From assembly GCA_943913835.1 (NCBI GenBank), contig CALTZU010000001.1:2446-66445 (forward strand): a stretch of DNA of 64,000 nt. Direction: 5' to 3'. The notes beneath the pieces were generated by a model. That model was not told the origin of the DNA, did not search any database, and worked only from the letters and a program-made list of their open reading frames with translations. Positions 48,338 through 57,787 of the stretch are shown in pieces. The position numbers and the translations under genes are program-made. The DNA is from an uncultured Rheinheimera sp. (GTDB lineage Bacteria; Pseudomonadota; Gammaproteobacteria; Enterobacterales; Alteromonadaceae). Within the stretch, counting starts at the first letter, position 1. Every line of letters starts with the position of its first letter.

Positions 48338-48919
48338 TTATAGCAGCAGCAGATTCAAATGTTGTGTTAGTGGCCACAAAGACTCTTGCTTCAGGCAAAT
48401 CAGGATCCGGGCATAAAAGTTGAACTCCGGGATCTGAAATTGAACTTCCATTAATAATGCTTGTTGCCAATTTAGCCTGCCTGCATGAAGTGAAGCCGGG
48501 TTAAACAGTACAGGTGCTGCAAGTTGAATTTTAAAGTTAAGCTGAGAGATCAAACCATGCAGGCAAGCACCCGCCAGTATATTAGTCAGCTCCAGCTGTA
48601 ACTCTTGTTTGTCTTGCTCTGCCATAGGAGAATCGTAGTTCATTAGTCTGGCTATGGCTTCATTACCTTGCTCTGTCATCAATGCAATCATCTCGCCGTT
48701 TAGCTCACCCAGAAAGGATTGCTGTGCAATTTGGTGCGGCGCAGGTTGCAGCAACAGTCCAATAAAATGATCACTGCTACTTTGTACTACTGCCGGAATA
48801 GACAGTTGTACCTGAGTCTGGATCAGTCTGGCTAGCGCGTCAGCTGCCTGACCCATGGAGATATTCAGAACCTCTTGCAAGGCGTCCTGCTGTTCGTCGG
48901 ACAGAAACTGCCCCTTCAT
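48338..48919 (-). CDS. CheC-like phosphatase
   Basis: DALQEVLNISMGQAA and ELTNILAGAC (two ExxN motifs). Confidence 0.85.
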   Translation of the reverse strand: MKGQFLSDEQQDALQEVLNISMGQAADALARLIQTQVQLSIPAVVQSSSDHFIGLLLQPAPHQIAQQSFLGELNGEMIALMTEQGNEAIARLMNYDSPMAEQDKQELQLELTNILAGACLHGLISQLNFKIQLAAPVLFNPASLHAGRLNWQQALLMEVQFQIPEFNFYARILICLKQESLWPLTQHLNLLLL

Positions 48920-49281
48920 ATCAGACCTAGCTCTTTTAGTGTTTGCGCCAGCAAGGCTGGATCCAAAGGTTTCTTCAGGAAACGAAAGGCGCCTAAAGCA
49001 CTGACCATAGCTTGTGCCTGAGTTTGGATATCTGCACTGATCACTATGACGACAGCTTTTTCGTGATGTTGCTTTAAATAGGTAAGTACCTGATAACCAT
49101 CCATTTCTGGCATTTGTAAGTCGAGAAACAGCACTTCTGCCAGGCCATGCTTAACCGCGGTGATAGCTTCTTTACCGTTACTGGCTTCACAGATACTGAC
49201 ATCCCACTGTGGAGGTAAGGCTCGACGTATCGTCTTGCGGGATAAAGCGGAGTCGTCCGCTATAGTGATAGGAATAGGCAT
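48916..49281 (-). CDS. Single-domain response regulator (HnoA-like)
   Basis: IADDS, FLDLQMP.MDG, VISAD, FLKKP. Confidence 0.9.
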   Translation of the reverse strand: MPIPITIADDSALSRKTIRRALPPQWDVSICEASNGKEAITAVKHGLAEVLFLDLQMPEMDGYQVLTYLKQHHEKAVVIVISADIQTQAQAMVSALGAFRFLKKPLDPALLAQTLKELGLI

Positions 49282-49396
49282 AAGCAACTCCTTAATCTAT
49301 TTTTATAAAGTGTAGACTATAGAGTTAAAAAATGAAAATAATGATAAATGCAAGATTGGTGATAGCGGATTTAGCTGTATATTTGGTAAAAGTGAT

Positions 49397-49431
49397 AAAA
49401 ATCACAGCATCCGTGATGAACACTGTGATTT
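49397..49431 (-). terminator. Intrinsic terminator of the wecA operon
   Basis: Minus strand AAATCACAG...CTGTGATTTTT just after the stop at 49448. Confidence 0.6.
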
Positions 49432-49447
49432 GTCTTTAGAGTGAGGT

Positions 49448-50626
49448 TTAGCGGCCCAGGTACTTATCCAGAGTTTTATATAAACCCTGCCACATGGTCT
49501 GGTTTTTCAGTTTCAGTTTGGCTGCGTTTTCGGCAAGACGAGGAGTGATTTCCTGTTGTTCTGTCAGCAATTGGCTGACTTTCTGCGTCAGGCTGACTGC
49601 AGAGAGTTTTTCCAGGCAATAATCCGCCATACCAAAATCCGACATCATGGCATGGTACTTGTGGCTCCAACTGGTAGCTATACAAGGTACACCCTGGCTC
49701 AATGCATTGATAGCGCCGTGAAAACGTGAACTGATAGTAATAGAGCTTTGACCTATAAAGGCTTTCACAGCCAATGGATCTTCTATCTGAATAGTATCGC
49801 AAGGTGCTAAGCGGGAAATCTCCTGGCAGAGCTGTTGATCTTCCTTGCCTTCATGATTGACCAGTACTACGGCGTAACCTAATTCCACTAACTGATTCGC
49901 GGCTGCTGCAAAAGCTTCCACATAGTTGGTACGTTCTGCTTCAGCATTGGCGTGGTTAAACTTAGACACCACTTTGCTGTTTGGGATCAGAGCTGCGAAT
50001 TTACCTTCAATCTGTGGTAAAGCGGTGTTGCTGTGGCCTTTTAAACCTACAGTAAAGTCAGGGGTTAATTTGACTGTATCCGGCAGATTTGCCTCACAGC
50101 TTTGTAAATGGCTAAAAGACACAGGATCACGCACGTAAATCAGGGCTGCGCTGTGAATAATGTCCCGCATCGCTGCTTTACTTTCTTCGCTGCTGAAAGG
50201 GCCAAAAGCCTGAGGCATAAACACAAAAGGTTTACCTGCTTCTTTGAAACGTTTCACTTCACGGGCGGTATTTTGCAAAAACTTTAAAGGCCACTGATCA
50301 CCATAAGCAAAACCACTGGCTTCTAAAATGACGTCAACATCACGCTCTGTCACCATGCCGTAACGCTTCATCAGATTGCGTAATGAGCCAGGTAATTTGC
50401 CAAACCATGGTGTTAAATCCAGAGCTTTGCGGCGGAAAGATACTTTTTGCCAAGCGCCCAATAAAGCACGTTCACGGTAGGGCAGGTTAGGGCCAGGTGA
50501 CAATACCAGCTCAGTGTTATTTAAGGTTTTTAGGCCTTGTAAACAGGCCAGCAGCATCAGGTAGGCACCTTTATTGCGGAACTGCACCCCTTTAATTTCG
50601 ACTAATAAGGCTTTTGATTCAGACAT
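49448..50626 (-). CDS. Polysaccharide pyruvyl transferase family protein
   Basis: NKGAYLML, ASGFAYGDQW, PQAFGPF, YVRD..S, ISSRFHG..NAL..GVP....WSHKY. Confidence 0.9.
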   Translation of the reverse strand: MSESKALLVEIKGVQFRNKGAYLMLLACLQGLKTLNNTELVLSPGPNLPYRERALLGAWQKVSFRRKALDLTPWFGKLPGSLRNLMKRYGMVTERDVDVILEASGFAYGDQWPLKFLQNTAREVKRFKEAGKPFVFMPQAFGPFSSEESKAAMRDIIHSAALIYVRDPVSFSHLQSCEANLPDTVKLTPDFTVGLKGHSNTALPQIEGKFAALIPNSKVVSKFNHANAEAERTNYVEAFAAAANQLVELGYAVVLVNHEGKEDQQLCQEISRLAPCDTIQIEDPLAVKAFIGQSSITISSRFHGAINALSQGVPCIATSWSHKYHAMMSDFGMADYCLEKLSAVSLTQKVSQLLTEQQEITPRLAENAAKLKLKNQTMWQGLYKTLDKYLGR

Positions 50627-51656
50627 AAGTTAGTAACTCCGTAGCGGTTTTCTTCTCGGAGTGAGGGATCAACGCCTGCGGATCAGGGTAACCCACAGCA
50701 ATCAGCATCACGACTCGTTCGAAAGGTTGTAATTTTAATAAACGGCCAATTTTGGCTTCGTAGTTTTCAATATCAGGCCAGTTGATTGAGCAAGACGCCA
50801 GGCCCATAGTTTCCAGAGCTAACATCAATTGCATATTGGCAAGGCTGGCATCGATATAAATCACATGGCGGTCGCGCTCAAAAGGATAAGCGCTTAAATC
50901 ACCAACCACAGCAAGCAGCGCAGGGATACCATTAGCATAGCCGACAGTGCCCATGGGCAGATTCGCCAGCTTATTCAACATTTCGCCTTCTGTGGCTGCA
51001 ATATAGCGAAATGGCTGACGGTTACAGGCACTAGGTGCCTGAGCTGCGGCTGAAACTGCCTGCTCCAGCACTGCTTTAGGTACGTTTTGTGGTAAAAAGG
51101 TACGGACAGAACAGCGTTGCTGACAGAGGATTAAGAACTGCTCATAACTGATGTCTGCTCTTGGTCTTTGTTCATAAGGCGCTGGTGCAGAAGGACGGCC
51201 TTGCTCCAGACGTGGCACTATTTGTGCTTTTAAATGAGCAAAAGTTATAGGTTGGCTGGCTCCCTCTGGCCACTGGGTGACAGAAAAATAGCTATCGATT
51301 ACATCGTGGCAATATTTTAGCAGCACTAAATCCAGTGCTTGATGGTCGGCCAACAGGTTTTGTAATGCAGTTAAAGTTTCGTCAATATAATCCAGCGCAA
51401 ACAAAGATTTGCGCGGCACCATGCTCAAACCTTTTTCAAGGCGATGAATATTACGACGCAAAATAACTGTCGCTATGCTGCTGCTCTCTTCGTGCTGGTG
51501 GTAATGATATCGGCCCGCAGCCGTGGCATGTTGCTCTCGGCGAAAATGTGGATTAAAAAATGCGTAATACAAAGTGGCCGCCAAACGGCTTCTGGCAGCG
51601 TAGGGTAACAACACCTTGTCCAGTTTTTGCCTGAGTTGTTGCAGTTGTTTTTTCAT
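50619..51656 (-). CDS. Nitroreductase family protein within the polysaccharide operon
   Basis: RRNIHRLEKGLS N-terminal domain; RCSVRTF, APSACNRQP, GLASC..NWP, IAVGY. Confidence 0.88.
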   Translation of the reverse strand: MKKQLQQLRQKLDKVLLPYAARSRLAATLYYAFFNPHFRREQHATAAGRYHYHQHEESSSIATVILRRNIHRLEKGLSMVPRKSLFALDYIDETLTALQNLLADHQALDLVLLKYCHDVIDSYFSVTQWPEGASQPITFAHLKAQIVPRLEQGRPSAPAPYEQRPRADISYEQFLILCQQRCSVRTFLPQNVPKAVLEQAVSAAAQAPSACNRQPFRYIAATEGEMLNKLANLPMGTVGYANGIPALLAVVGDLSAYPFERDRHVIYIDASLANMQLMLALETMGLASCSINWPDIENYEAKIGRLLKLQPFERVVMLIAVGYPDPQALIPHSEKKTATELLTYV

Positions 51657-52981
51657 ACCGTCTCTTTCTCTACCACTACACCAGAGGCTTTAACCTTGAT
51701 CAGCTGCCATAACTGTCGACGGGTCCTGCTGGAAAAAAATAAAAAGAAAAATGATGCATAGGCATAGGATAGGAGGGTTGCCCAGGCTGCGCCATCTATG
51801 CCCATGATGGGGATCAGCCACCAGTTCAGCAGCACATTTAACACAGCGCCTATGCCATGACTAGCTAAAGATAAAGGCTCCTGGTTAGTGATAATTAAAT
51901 GCTGCCCTATCAGGTAGCGGATAAAAATAAATACACCGGCCCAAATATGGATTTGTAGTACTGAAATACCTTCCTGAAATTTCTCACCAAAAATCAGCGG
52001 TACTAAAGGTGGCGCAATCAAAAATATGACTACAGCTATTGTCAGAGCCATTGCTAAAAAGTAACCACAATATTTTCGCAGCAACAATAAATAACCTGAC
52101 CAGCTGTTCTGATGGCTTTTCAGTAACTCAGGATAATACCGCACAGCTAAAGTCGCTGGTATCACATACCAAAGTTCTGACATCCTGCTGACTGCGGCAT
52201 ATACACCAGCAGCCTCAATATCTATTAAGCGTTCGATCATAATCAAATCAATACGCAGATAAACTACAGATAAAATACCTGATATCCACAACCAACTGGA
52301 ACGCCGCAATAACTCTTTACCATGTTGCCAGTTAAACCAGGCCGGTGTCAGACGGCCAGATTCGGTGTTGATGCTTTTGCAGTGTCCTAAATACATCTGA
52401 TATTGCAACAGGCCAACTGCGGCAAACTCCAGGCCAACAATCCAAAATAAAGCGCCAATGCCGAGCCCTAACCAGAGTACTGCTAATTTAGCTAAAAGCC
52501 CCAAAATGCCTAAGCCGAGTTTTCTGTAGGCGAGGGGGCGGAACTGACCTAAATAATTCTGATGGAATTCAAACAGAATAAAAGCGTTAAATAGCTGACC
52601 TACAAAAAGCACCGCAGCGCCTAGCTGATAAGGTTCAAACTCCGCTGGCAAATACCAGCTAAAACTAATAAACATCAGAGCAGCAAACACAAAGCCAGCA
52701 ATCAACCGAAGCCAAGTAGCGGTAAATAATATTTGCGTGCCTGTACGATGAGCTGCAGCTGCGTGAACCGACTTCTGAACTAAGTTATTAAGTCCTAAAT
52801 TGGCCAAGGGTGCTAAAAATGCGCTCCAGGTCATAACTATAGAATAATAACCAGTGGCTTCAGGGCCCAGCATTCGTGCCACAATAATAGTGATTAAAGC
52901 ACCAGCACCCAATTTAACTAAACGTTCACCTAATAAAGCAACGGCGTTTGCTTTGGCTATTTTAACTAAGAATTTAACCAC
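51653..52981 (-). CDS. wzx: Wzx polysaccharide flippase
   Basis: ARMLGPE..G.Y, YLRIDLIMI, GVYAA..R, LNWWLIP.MG..GAAWAT; about 12 TM segments. Confidence 0.88.
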   Translation of the reverse strand: MVKFLVKIAKANAVALLGERLVKLGAGALITIIVARMLGPEATGYYSIVMTWSAFLAPLANLGLNNLVQKSVHAAAAHRTGTQILFTATWLRLIAGFVFAALMFISFSWYLPAEFEPYQLGAAVLFVGQLFNAFILFEFHQNYLGQFRPLAYRKLGLGILGLLAKLAVLWLGLGIGALFWIVGLEFAAVGLLQYQMYLGHCKSINTESGRLTPAWFNWQHGKELLRRSSWLWISGILSVVYLRIDLIMIERLIDIEAAGVYAAVSRMSELWYVIPATLAVRYYPELLKSHQNSWSGYLLLLRKYCGYFLAMALTIAVVIFLIAPPLVPLIFGEKFQEGISVLQIHIWAGVFIFIRYLIGQHLIITNQEPLSLASHGIGAVLNVLLNWWLIPIMGIDGAAWATLLSYAYASFFFLFFSSRTRRQLWQLIKVKASGVVVEKETV

Positions 52982-54041
52982 GTCGTTTCGCTTTATAACG
53001 TTTTATAGCCCGTGTAATGCGCCAAATATGCTGCAAAGTGTATGAATAAACACTGAATACTATCAGGAACAACAGCAACATAATTAAATCCGGTACCATC
53101 AGGTATTCGCCGATGATACCTAAAGTTGCAAGCATGCAAGAGAATGAGCTAATCACTACCAGCGCCTGACGGGAATTTAAGCCAAGACGGAGGAATATAT
53201 GGTGCAAGTGTTCACGGTCAGCTAAAAATGGAGACTGACCTTTGCGGATCCTGCGTAGCATAATTGCCACCATATCCATCAGAGGCACAGCAATGATCCA
53301 CAAGGCGGTGACAGGGCGGAAACTTGCAGTATCACTTTGAGTGCCTATGATCAATAACCAAATTACGGTAAGACCAATGAGCATACTACCAGCGTCACCC
53401 ATAAAAATTTTGCCTTTACCTTTACCAACGACGTCGAGGTTAAACAACAAGTAAGGAATCAGTGCAAACACCAGAACCATGGGTAAAACCGCATGTTCTA
53501 ATTGCCCCCCCATTCCCATCATTAGTGTCACGGAAACAAAAGTAACACCACTGAGCATACCGGCTAAACCATCTATACCATCTATCATATTAAAAGCGTT
53601 GATTGCCGCTATGACAGCAATCAATGTGATAGGAATGCCTGCATAACCAAGAGTGACATCACCCAGTGAAAATAAATTACCTAAATTACCCAGATGCAAT
53701 TGCAGCCCATAGACCATGGCTGACCCTATCAGCAGCTGCACACAAAGCCTCAATTTAACGCTTAAGTCCATAAAATCATCAAATACTCCTAGTATGACGA
53801 TAGTGCCTCCACAGAGCAGATAGTAATAATGGATGTTTTCTGGCAAACCAAACCAGGCCAGGGTCAAACCCACGCCAATAAAGATGGAGATCCCGCCAAT
53901 CAGTGGCACAGAACCTACATGTTGTTTACGACCTGCAGGTTTGTCTACCAATCCCACTTTGACAGACAATGGGATCAGAATAAATATGGCAGTTAACGTT
54001 AGAACGAAGGTAGTAATAAACAGCTGCAAATGTTCTGTCAT
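52974..54041 (-). CDS. wecA: UDP-GlcNAc:undecaprenyl-phosphate GlcNAc-1-phosphate transferase
   Basis: LVDKP..RKQH.G..P.IGG, GVFDD, INAFNMIDGIDGL, FMGDAGS, DREHLHH. Confidence 0.96.
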   Translation of the reverse strand: MTEHLQLFITTFVLTLTAIFILIPLSVKVGLVDKPAGRKQHVGSVPLIGGISIFIGVGLTLAWFGLPENIHYYYLLCGGTIVILGVFDDFMDLSVKLRLCVQLLIGSAMVYGLQLHLGNLGNLFSLGDVTLGYAGIPITLIAVIAAINAFNMIDGIDGLAGMLSGVTFVSVTLMMGMGGQLEHAVLPMVLVFALIPYLLFNLDVVGKGKGKIFMGDAGSMLIGLTVIWLLIIGTQSDTASFRPVTALWIIAVPLMDMVAIMLRRIRKGQSPFLADREHLHHIFLRLGLNSRQALVVISSFSCMLATLGIIGEYLMVPDLIMLLLFLIVFSVYSYTLQHIWRITRAIKRYKAKRRG

Positions 54042-54346
54042 GAGTTGTCCATCGGCTTGTTAGCCTGAAATAATGCGAACTGACTTTAGCGAAATTGGCC
54101 TGATTATAGGTGAAGAAATCGGGGCTGACTACGGCAGGTCAGAGATAAAATTGAAAGGAATAACGACTTTGTCAGAAAATAATGCTCTAATTGTTATTTC
54201 TGTCACAATCTTTGTGACGGCATCGCACTTTGATTGATTTTTGTGCTGTTAATCAAGATGTTGGCAAACACTATTATTTTAACAGAGTTCAGGTTTTTAC
54301 GGTTTTCTTCAACCTGGATCTGTGCTGTTAACACAGGAAACCCGCT

Positions 54347-55384
54347 GTGACTAAAGCAGTATTGATTATCACCAATATGGGGCCTAAACCCTCTGCGCCT
54401 TTCCAGGGCCAGTTTGTTACTAACCAAATGTTGGCGCTGAAAAAACGCCAAACAGTCAGCTATTTTTTTATGAGCTGGCATAATGACAGTCTGCTCAACC
54501 GACTGCTGAAATACCCTGTGCTGTTTCTACAATTTCTCTGGTCTTATGTATTAAGCCGGAAAAGCTTTGACATCATTCATGTGCACTTTTTTTACCCTAC
54601 GATTTGGCTGGCATTGGCTTATAAATGGTTACGTAAGCCCTCGGTTAAAATAGTAGTCACTTGTCATGGCAGTGATATTTATCACTATCAGCCTTTTAGT
54701 ACCCTGTATCGCTGGTGCTGTGGCTTTGTCAATCAGTGGATTTTTACCAGTGCCAAGTTGCAGGTGAAAGCTTGTACTGTAAGTCCTCAATCTGTGGTGT
54801 TATCCGCAGGTATAGCCCAGACCTATGCAAATGCCAGACTACTCAGCAGATCTGAAAAGGATATCGATTTGCTATACGTTGGCTATCTGGATAAAAACAA
54901 AGGGATGGACAGGTTAATAGCAATATTACCTGAGCTAAAAGATAAAACTCTGTGTGTGGTTGGAGCTGGGCCATATCTGGCGCAATTTGAACAGTTAAAG
55001 TCTCTGTATCCGAATTTACAGCTCCTGGCAGGCCAGAGTGCTGAACAGCTAAAACTGTTATATCAACGCAGTAAATGTTTTTTAAGTTTATCGCGTAACG
55101 AATCTTTTGGTCTGGTGATGACTGAAGCTATGGCCTGCTATACGCCCGTCATTGCTACTTTAACCGACGGCTCAGCTGAGCAGTTGGGAGCGGATTCATA
55201 TTGGATCATTGAGCAATCAGACGAGCATTTGTTAGCGCAGCATTTGCTTAAAAAAATTCAGCAGCTATTAAGTTTATCAGACTCAGACTACACCGCATTG
55301 CAGCAGTCGGGGCACCAGTATGCAAAAGACTGTCTGGTAGACTCTGTAGCTGAGAAAATCCAACAATTGTACAAAGCGCTGTAA
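54347..55384 (+). CDS. Glycosyltransferase family 4
   Basis: IIHVHF, TCHGSD, YVGYL...KG, ESFGLVMTEAMA (EX7E). Confidence 0.9.
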   Translation: MTKAVLIITNMGPKPSAPFQGQFVTNQMLALKKRQTVSYFFMSWHNDSLLNRLLKYPVLFLQFLWSYVLSRKSFDIIHVHFFYPTIWLALAYKWLRKPSVKIVVTCHGSDIYHYQPFSTLYRWCCGFVNQWIFTSAKLQVKACTVSPQSVVLSAGIAQTYANARLLSRSEKDIDLLYVGYLDKNKGMDRLIAILPELKDKTLCVVGAGPYLAQFEQLKSLYPNLQLLAGQSAEQLKLLYQRSKCFLSLSRNESFGLVMTEAMACYTPVIATLTDGSAEQLGADSYWIIEQSDEHLLAQHLLKKIQQLLSLSDSDYTALQQSGHQYAKDCLVDSVAEKIQQLYKAL

Positions 55385-55415
55385 ACAATTTTTTATGACA
55401 AGGGTAAATACAACC

Positions 55416-56141
55416 ATGGCAATACAACCTGAAGTGGTACCAGTAGGTGGCATTGGGGTAATGGCGTTCAGTAACATGAATGAGCTGGTCAATTATGTGA
55501 TTCAGGACGACGGCAGTGTTTTTTCCGGCTCAGCAATAGCCATGAACCCGGAAAAAGTCATAGCAGCTGGTAAGAATCCGGAGCTGATGAGCATTCTGAA
55601 CAAAGCGGATATCCGCTATGCCGATGGTATGGGCGTGGTGAAAGTCATGCGGCGCAAATTGGGCCGTAAAGTTGAACGTATTCCCGGTTGTGAGCTGTGG
55701 CAGGCATTAATGGCAAAAGCTGCAGTGACCAAAACCCCGGTGTTTTTAGTCGGAGCCAAACCTGCGGTTATGGCCGAAACAGTAGAAAAACTGACCGCTA
55801 TGGGTGTCAATGTAGTGGATTCCCAGGACGGCTATTTTAAAGATGAAAATGAACTCATCCGCCGCATCAGCCAAAGCGGAGCCCGTATTGTCACTGTTGC
55901 TATGGGCTCTCCGAAGCAGGAAGTGTTCATTGGCAAATGCCAGCAGCAATTGCCGGATGCTTATTACATGGGCGTAGGTGGCACTTATGATGTATTCACA
56001 GGTCATGTGCAAAGAGCGCCAGCCTTGTGGTGTAAATTGCATTTAGAGTGGGCTTACCGCTTATTATCGCAACCGTCCCGTATTGGCCGGCAAAGCAATT
56101 TAGTGACTTATGCCTGGTTATATTTGACCAACAAACTCTGA
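55416..56141 (+). CDS. wecG: WecG/TagA/CpsF family glycosyltransferase (ManNAcA transferase-like)
   Basis: AMNPEK, YADGMGVV, RIPGCEL, VAMGSPKQE, MGVGGTYDV..G...RAP, LEWAYRL. Confidence 0.9.
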   Translation: MAIQPEVVPVGGIGVMAFSNMNELVNYVIQDDGSVFSGSAIAMNPEKVIAAGKNPELMSILNKADIRYADGMGVVKVMRRKLGRKVERIPGCELWQALMAKAAVTKTPVFLVGAKPAVMAETVEKLTAMGVNVVDSQDGYFKDENELIRRISQSGARIVTVAMGSPKQEVFIGKCQQQLPDAYYMGVGGTYDVFTGHVQRAPALWCKLHLEWAYRLLSQPSRIGRQSNLVTYAWLYLTNKL

Positions 56142-56174
56142 TAACACCCATTAGAAAAACAGAGAGAATTTATA

Positions 56175-57080
56175 GTGCAGCAACAGTCCGATTTACCTCT
56201 GATTAGCGTCTATATGCCCACTTTCAACAGAGTGGATATGGTACAGCGTGCGATTCGTTCAGTATTGGCGCAGGATTATCCTCATCTTGAGCTTCTGGTG
56301 GTGGATGACGCCTCGACGGACACAACCTGGGATACCTTAAACCGGATTTACGCCGATGAACCTCGCGTTCGTTTATTTCGGCAGGAAAAAGGGCAGGGAG
56401 CCTGTGCTGCACGTAATTTGGCAATAGCTGAAGCCAAAGGTGAGTTTGTTACCGGCCTGGATGACGATGACGAGTTTTTGCCTAACAGGCTAAGTTCTTT
56501 GTTTCAGGCTTACGATGATCAGTACGCTTTTGTCTGTTCCAGCTACTTTTGGGATTACGGTACTATCCGCAAGCAGCTTTACCCTGATGCGGCTATTGTC
56601 GGCTTAAAAGAGCTGTTAGATGTGCATTGTTTATCGAATCAGGTGTTAGTAAAACGCAGTAGAATGCTCGCTCAGGGTGGCTTTGACGTTCAGCTGGCCG
56701 CTTTTCAGGATTATGATATGTGGATCCGACTGGTGGCTGCCTACGGTAAAGCTTTGCGTTTGGCTGAAGCGACTTATGTAGTGCATGTGGGTCATGAACT
56801 TGGCCGTATTACCACCTCACCGAAACGATTAGCGGCACAAAGCTATTTCGTAGAAAAACATCTGCCTTTGATGAATGAGCGCAATAAACAAAACCAGCAA
56901 TTTTATCGACTTGTGATGGAGCAACAGCAGCTTTCTTTACCACGTTTGTTGTTTTTCTGTCGTTATGGCTTGTGGGCAACTAAAATCCGTTATTACCTGA
57001 AACAAAAATTACAGTGGGCTATCAAGTTCCGGCAGCAGCTGTTAAGCAAAGGCATTAAAGGATTATTTTCGAAAAAATGA
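56175..57080 (+). CDS. Glycosyltransferase family 2
   Basis: ISVYMPTFNR, VVDDASTD, GACAARN, GLDDDD, QDYDMW. Confidence 0.92.
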   Translation: MQQQSDLPLISVYMPTFNRVDMVQRAIRSVLAQDYPHLELLVVDDASTDTTWDTLNRIYADEPRVRLFRQEKGQGACAARNLAIAEAKGEFVTGLDDDDEFLPNRLSSLFQAYDDQYAFVCSSYFWDYGTIRKQLYPDAAIVGLKELLDVHCLSNQVLVKRSRMLAQGGFDVQLAAFQDYDMWIRLVAAYGKALRLAEATYVVHVGHELGRITTSPKRLAAQSYFVEKHLPLMNERNKQNQQFYRLVMEQQQLSLPRLLFFCRYGLWATKIRYYLKQKLQWAIKFRQQLLSKGIKGLFSKK

Positions 57081-57787
57081 ACCAGAATCTGTTGAGTCAG
57101 GCCAACTTTGTCTGTCTGAGCGTATTATTACTTAAGCGGTTTTGGCTGTTGTTAGTTGCCGCAGCTGTATTAGGTGCCGCCACTCTTTATATAGTGCAAT
57201 TGAGCACAGCTGATCGCTATAAGGCCTTTGCTGTTGTTAGTTTAACCGACTGGCAAACGGAACGTTTAACACGCAGGGATGATCCCTCTGATAAAAACCC
57301 TGCCAATGTAGGTGGTGCCTCAGCGGATGATATGTCCAGAGCTTTGGTCTGGTTAAAAGAGCCTGAATTTTTTCAGTCCCTTTCCCGGGCTGCTACAGCT
57401 GAGCAATTAAGCGTGGAGCACAAAAGACGGGGTAATTTGGTTACCCTGAAGTGGACCAGCAGCTCAGCACAAAATGCGCAAACTGAGCTTAAGTTAATTC
57501 TCAAACAATGGGATCAACTGTGGCGTCAGCGTTTTATTCAGCAAAAACGACAAGAGTTGCGTTCGTTGGAGCAGCTTCAAAGCACTGATATAGTGAAACA
57601 AAAGCAAGAACAACTGCAATTCGAACTGGATTACGCTCAACAAGCTCAGCCTTTTGCACTACAGCAATTACAAAGCCCACAAATCCCTCAGACAAGCGAA
57701 AGTCCAGCCTTGTGGCTAATGTTGCTGTTTGGTGCTTGTTTGGGATTTAGCTGTGCCTTTATTCTGTTGATGTTATGGCGGCTTTAA
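57077..57787 (+). CDS. Short Wzz-like chain-length determinant
   Basis: N- and C-terminal TM segments, coiled-coil periplasmic region, Pro-rich segment before TM2 (G...G motif). Confidence 0.65.
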   Translation: MNQNLLSQANFVCLSVLLLKRFWLLLVAAAVLGAATLYIVQLSTADRYKAFAVVSLTDWQTERLTRRDDPSDKNPANVGGASADDMSRALVWLKEPEFFQSLSRAATAEQLSVEHKRRGNLVTLKWTSSSAQNAQTELKLILKQWDQLWRQRFIQQKRQELRSLEQLQSTDIVKQKQEQLQFELDYAQQAQPFALQQLQSPQIPQTSESPALWLMLLFGACLGFSCAFILLMLWRL

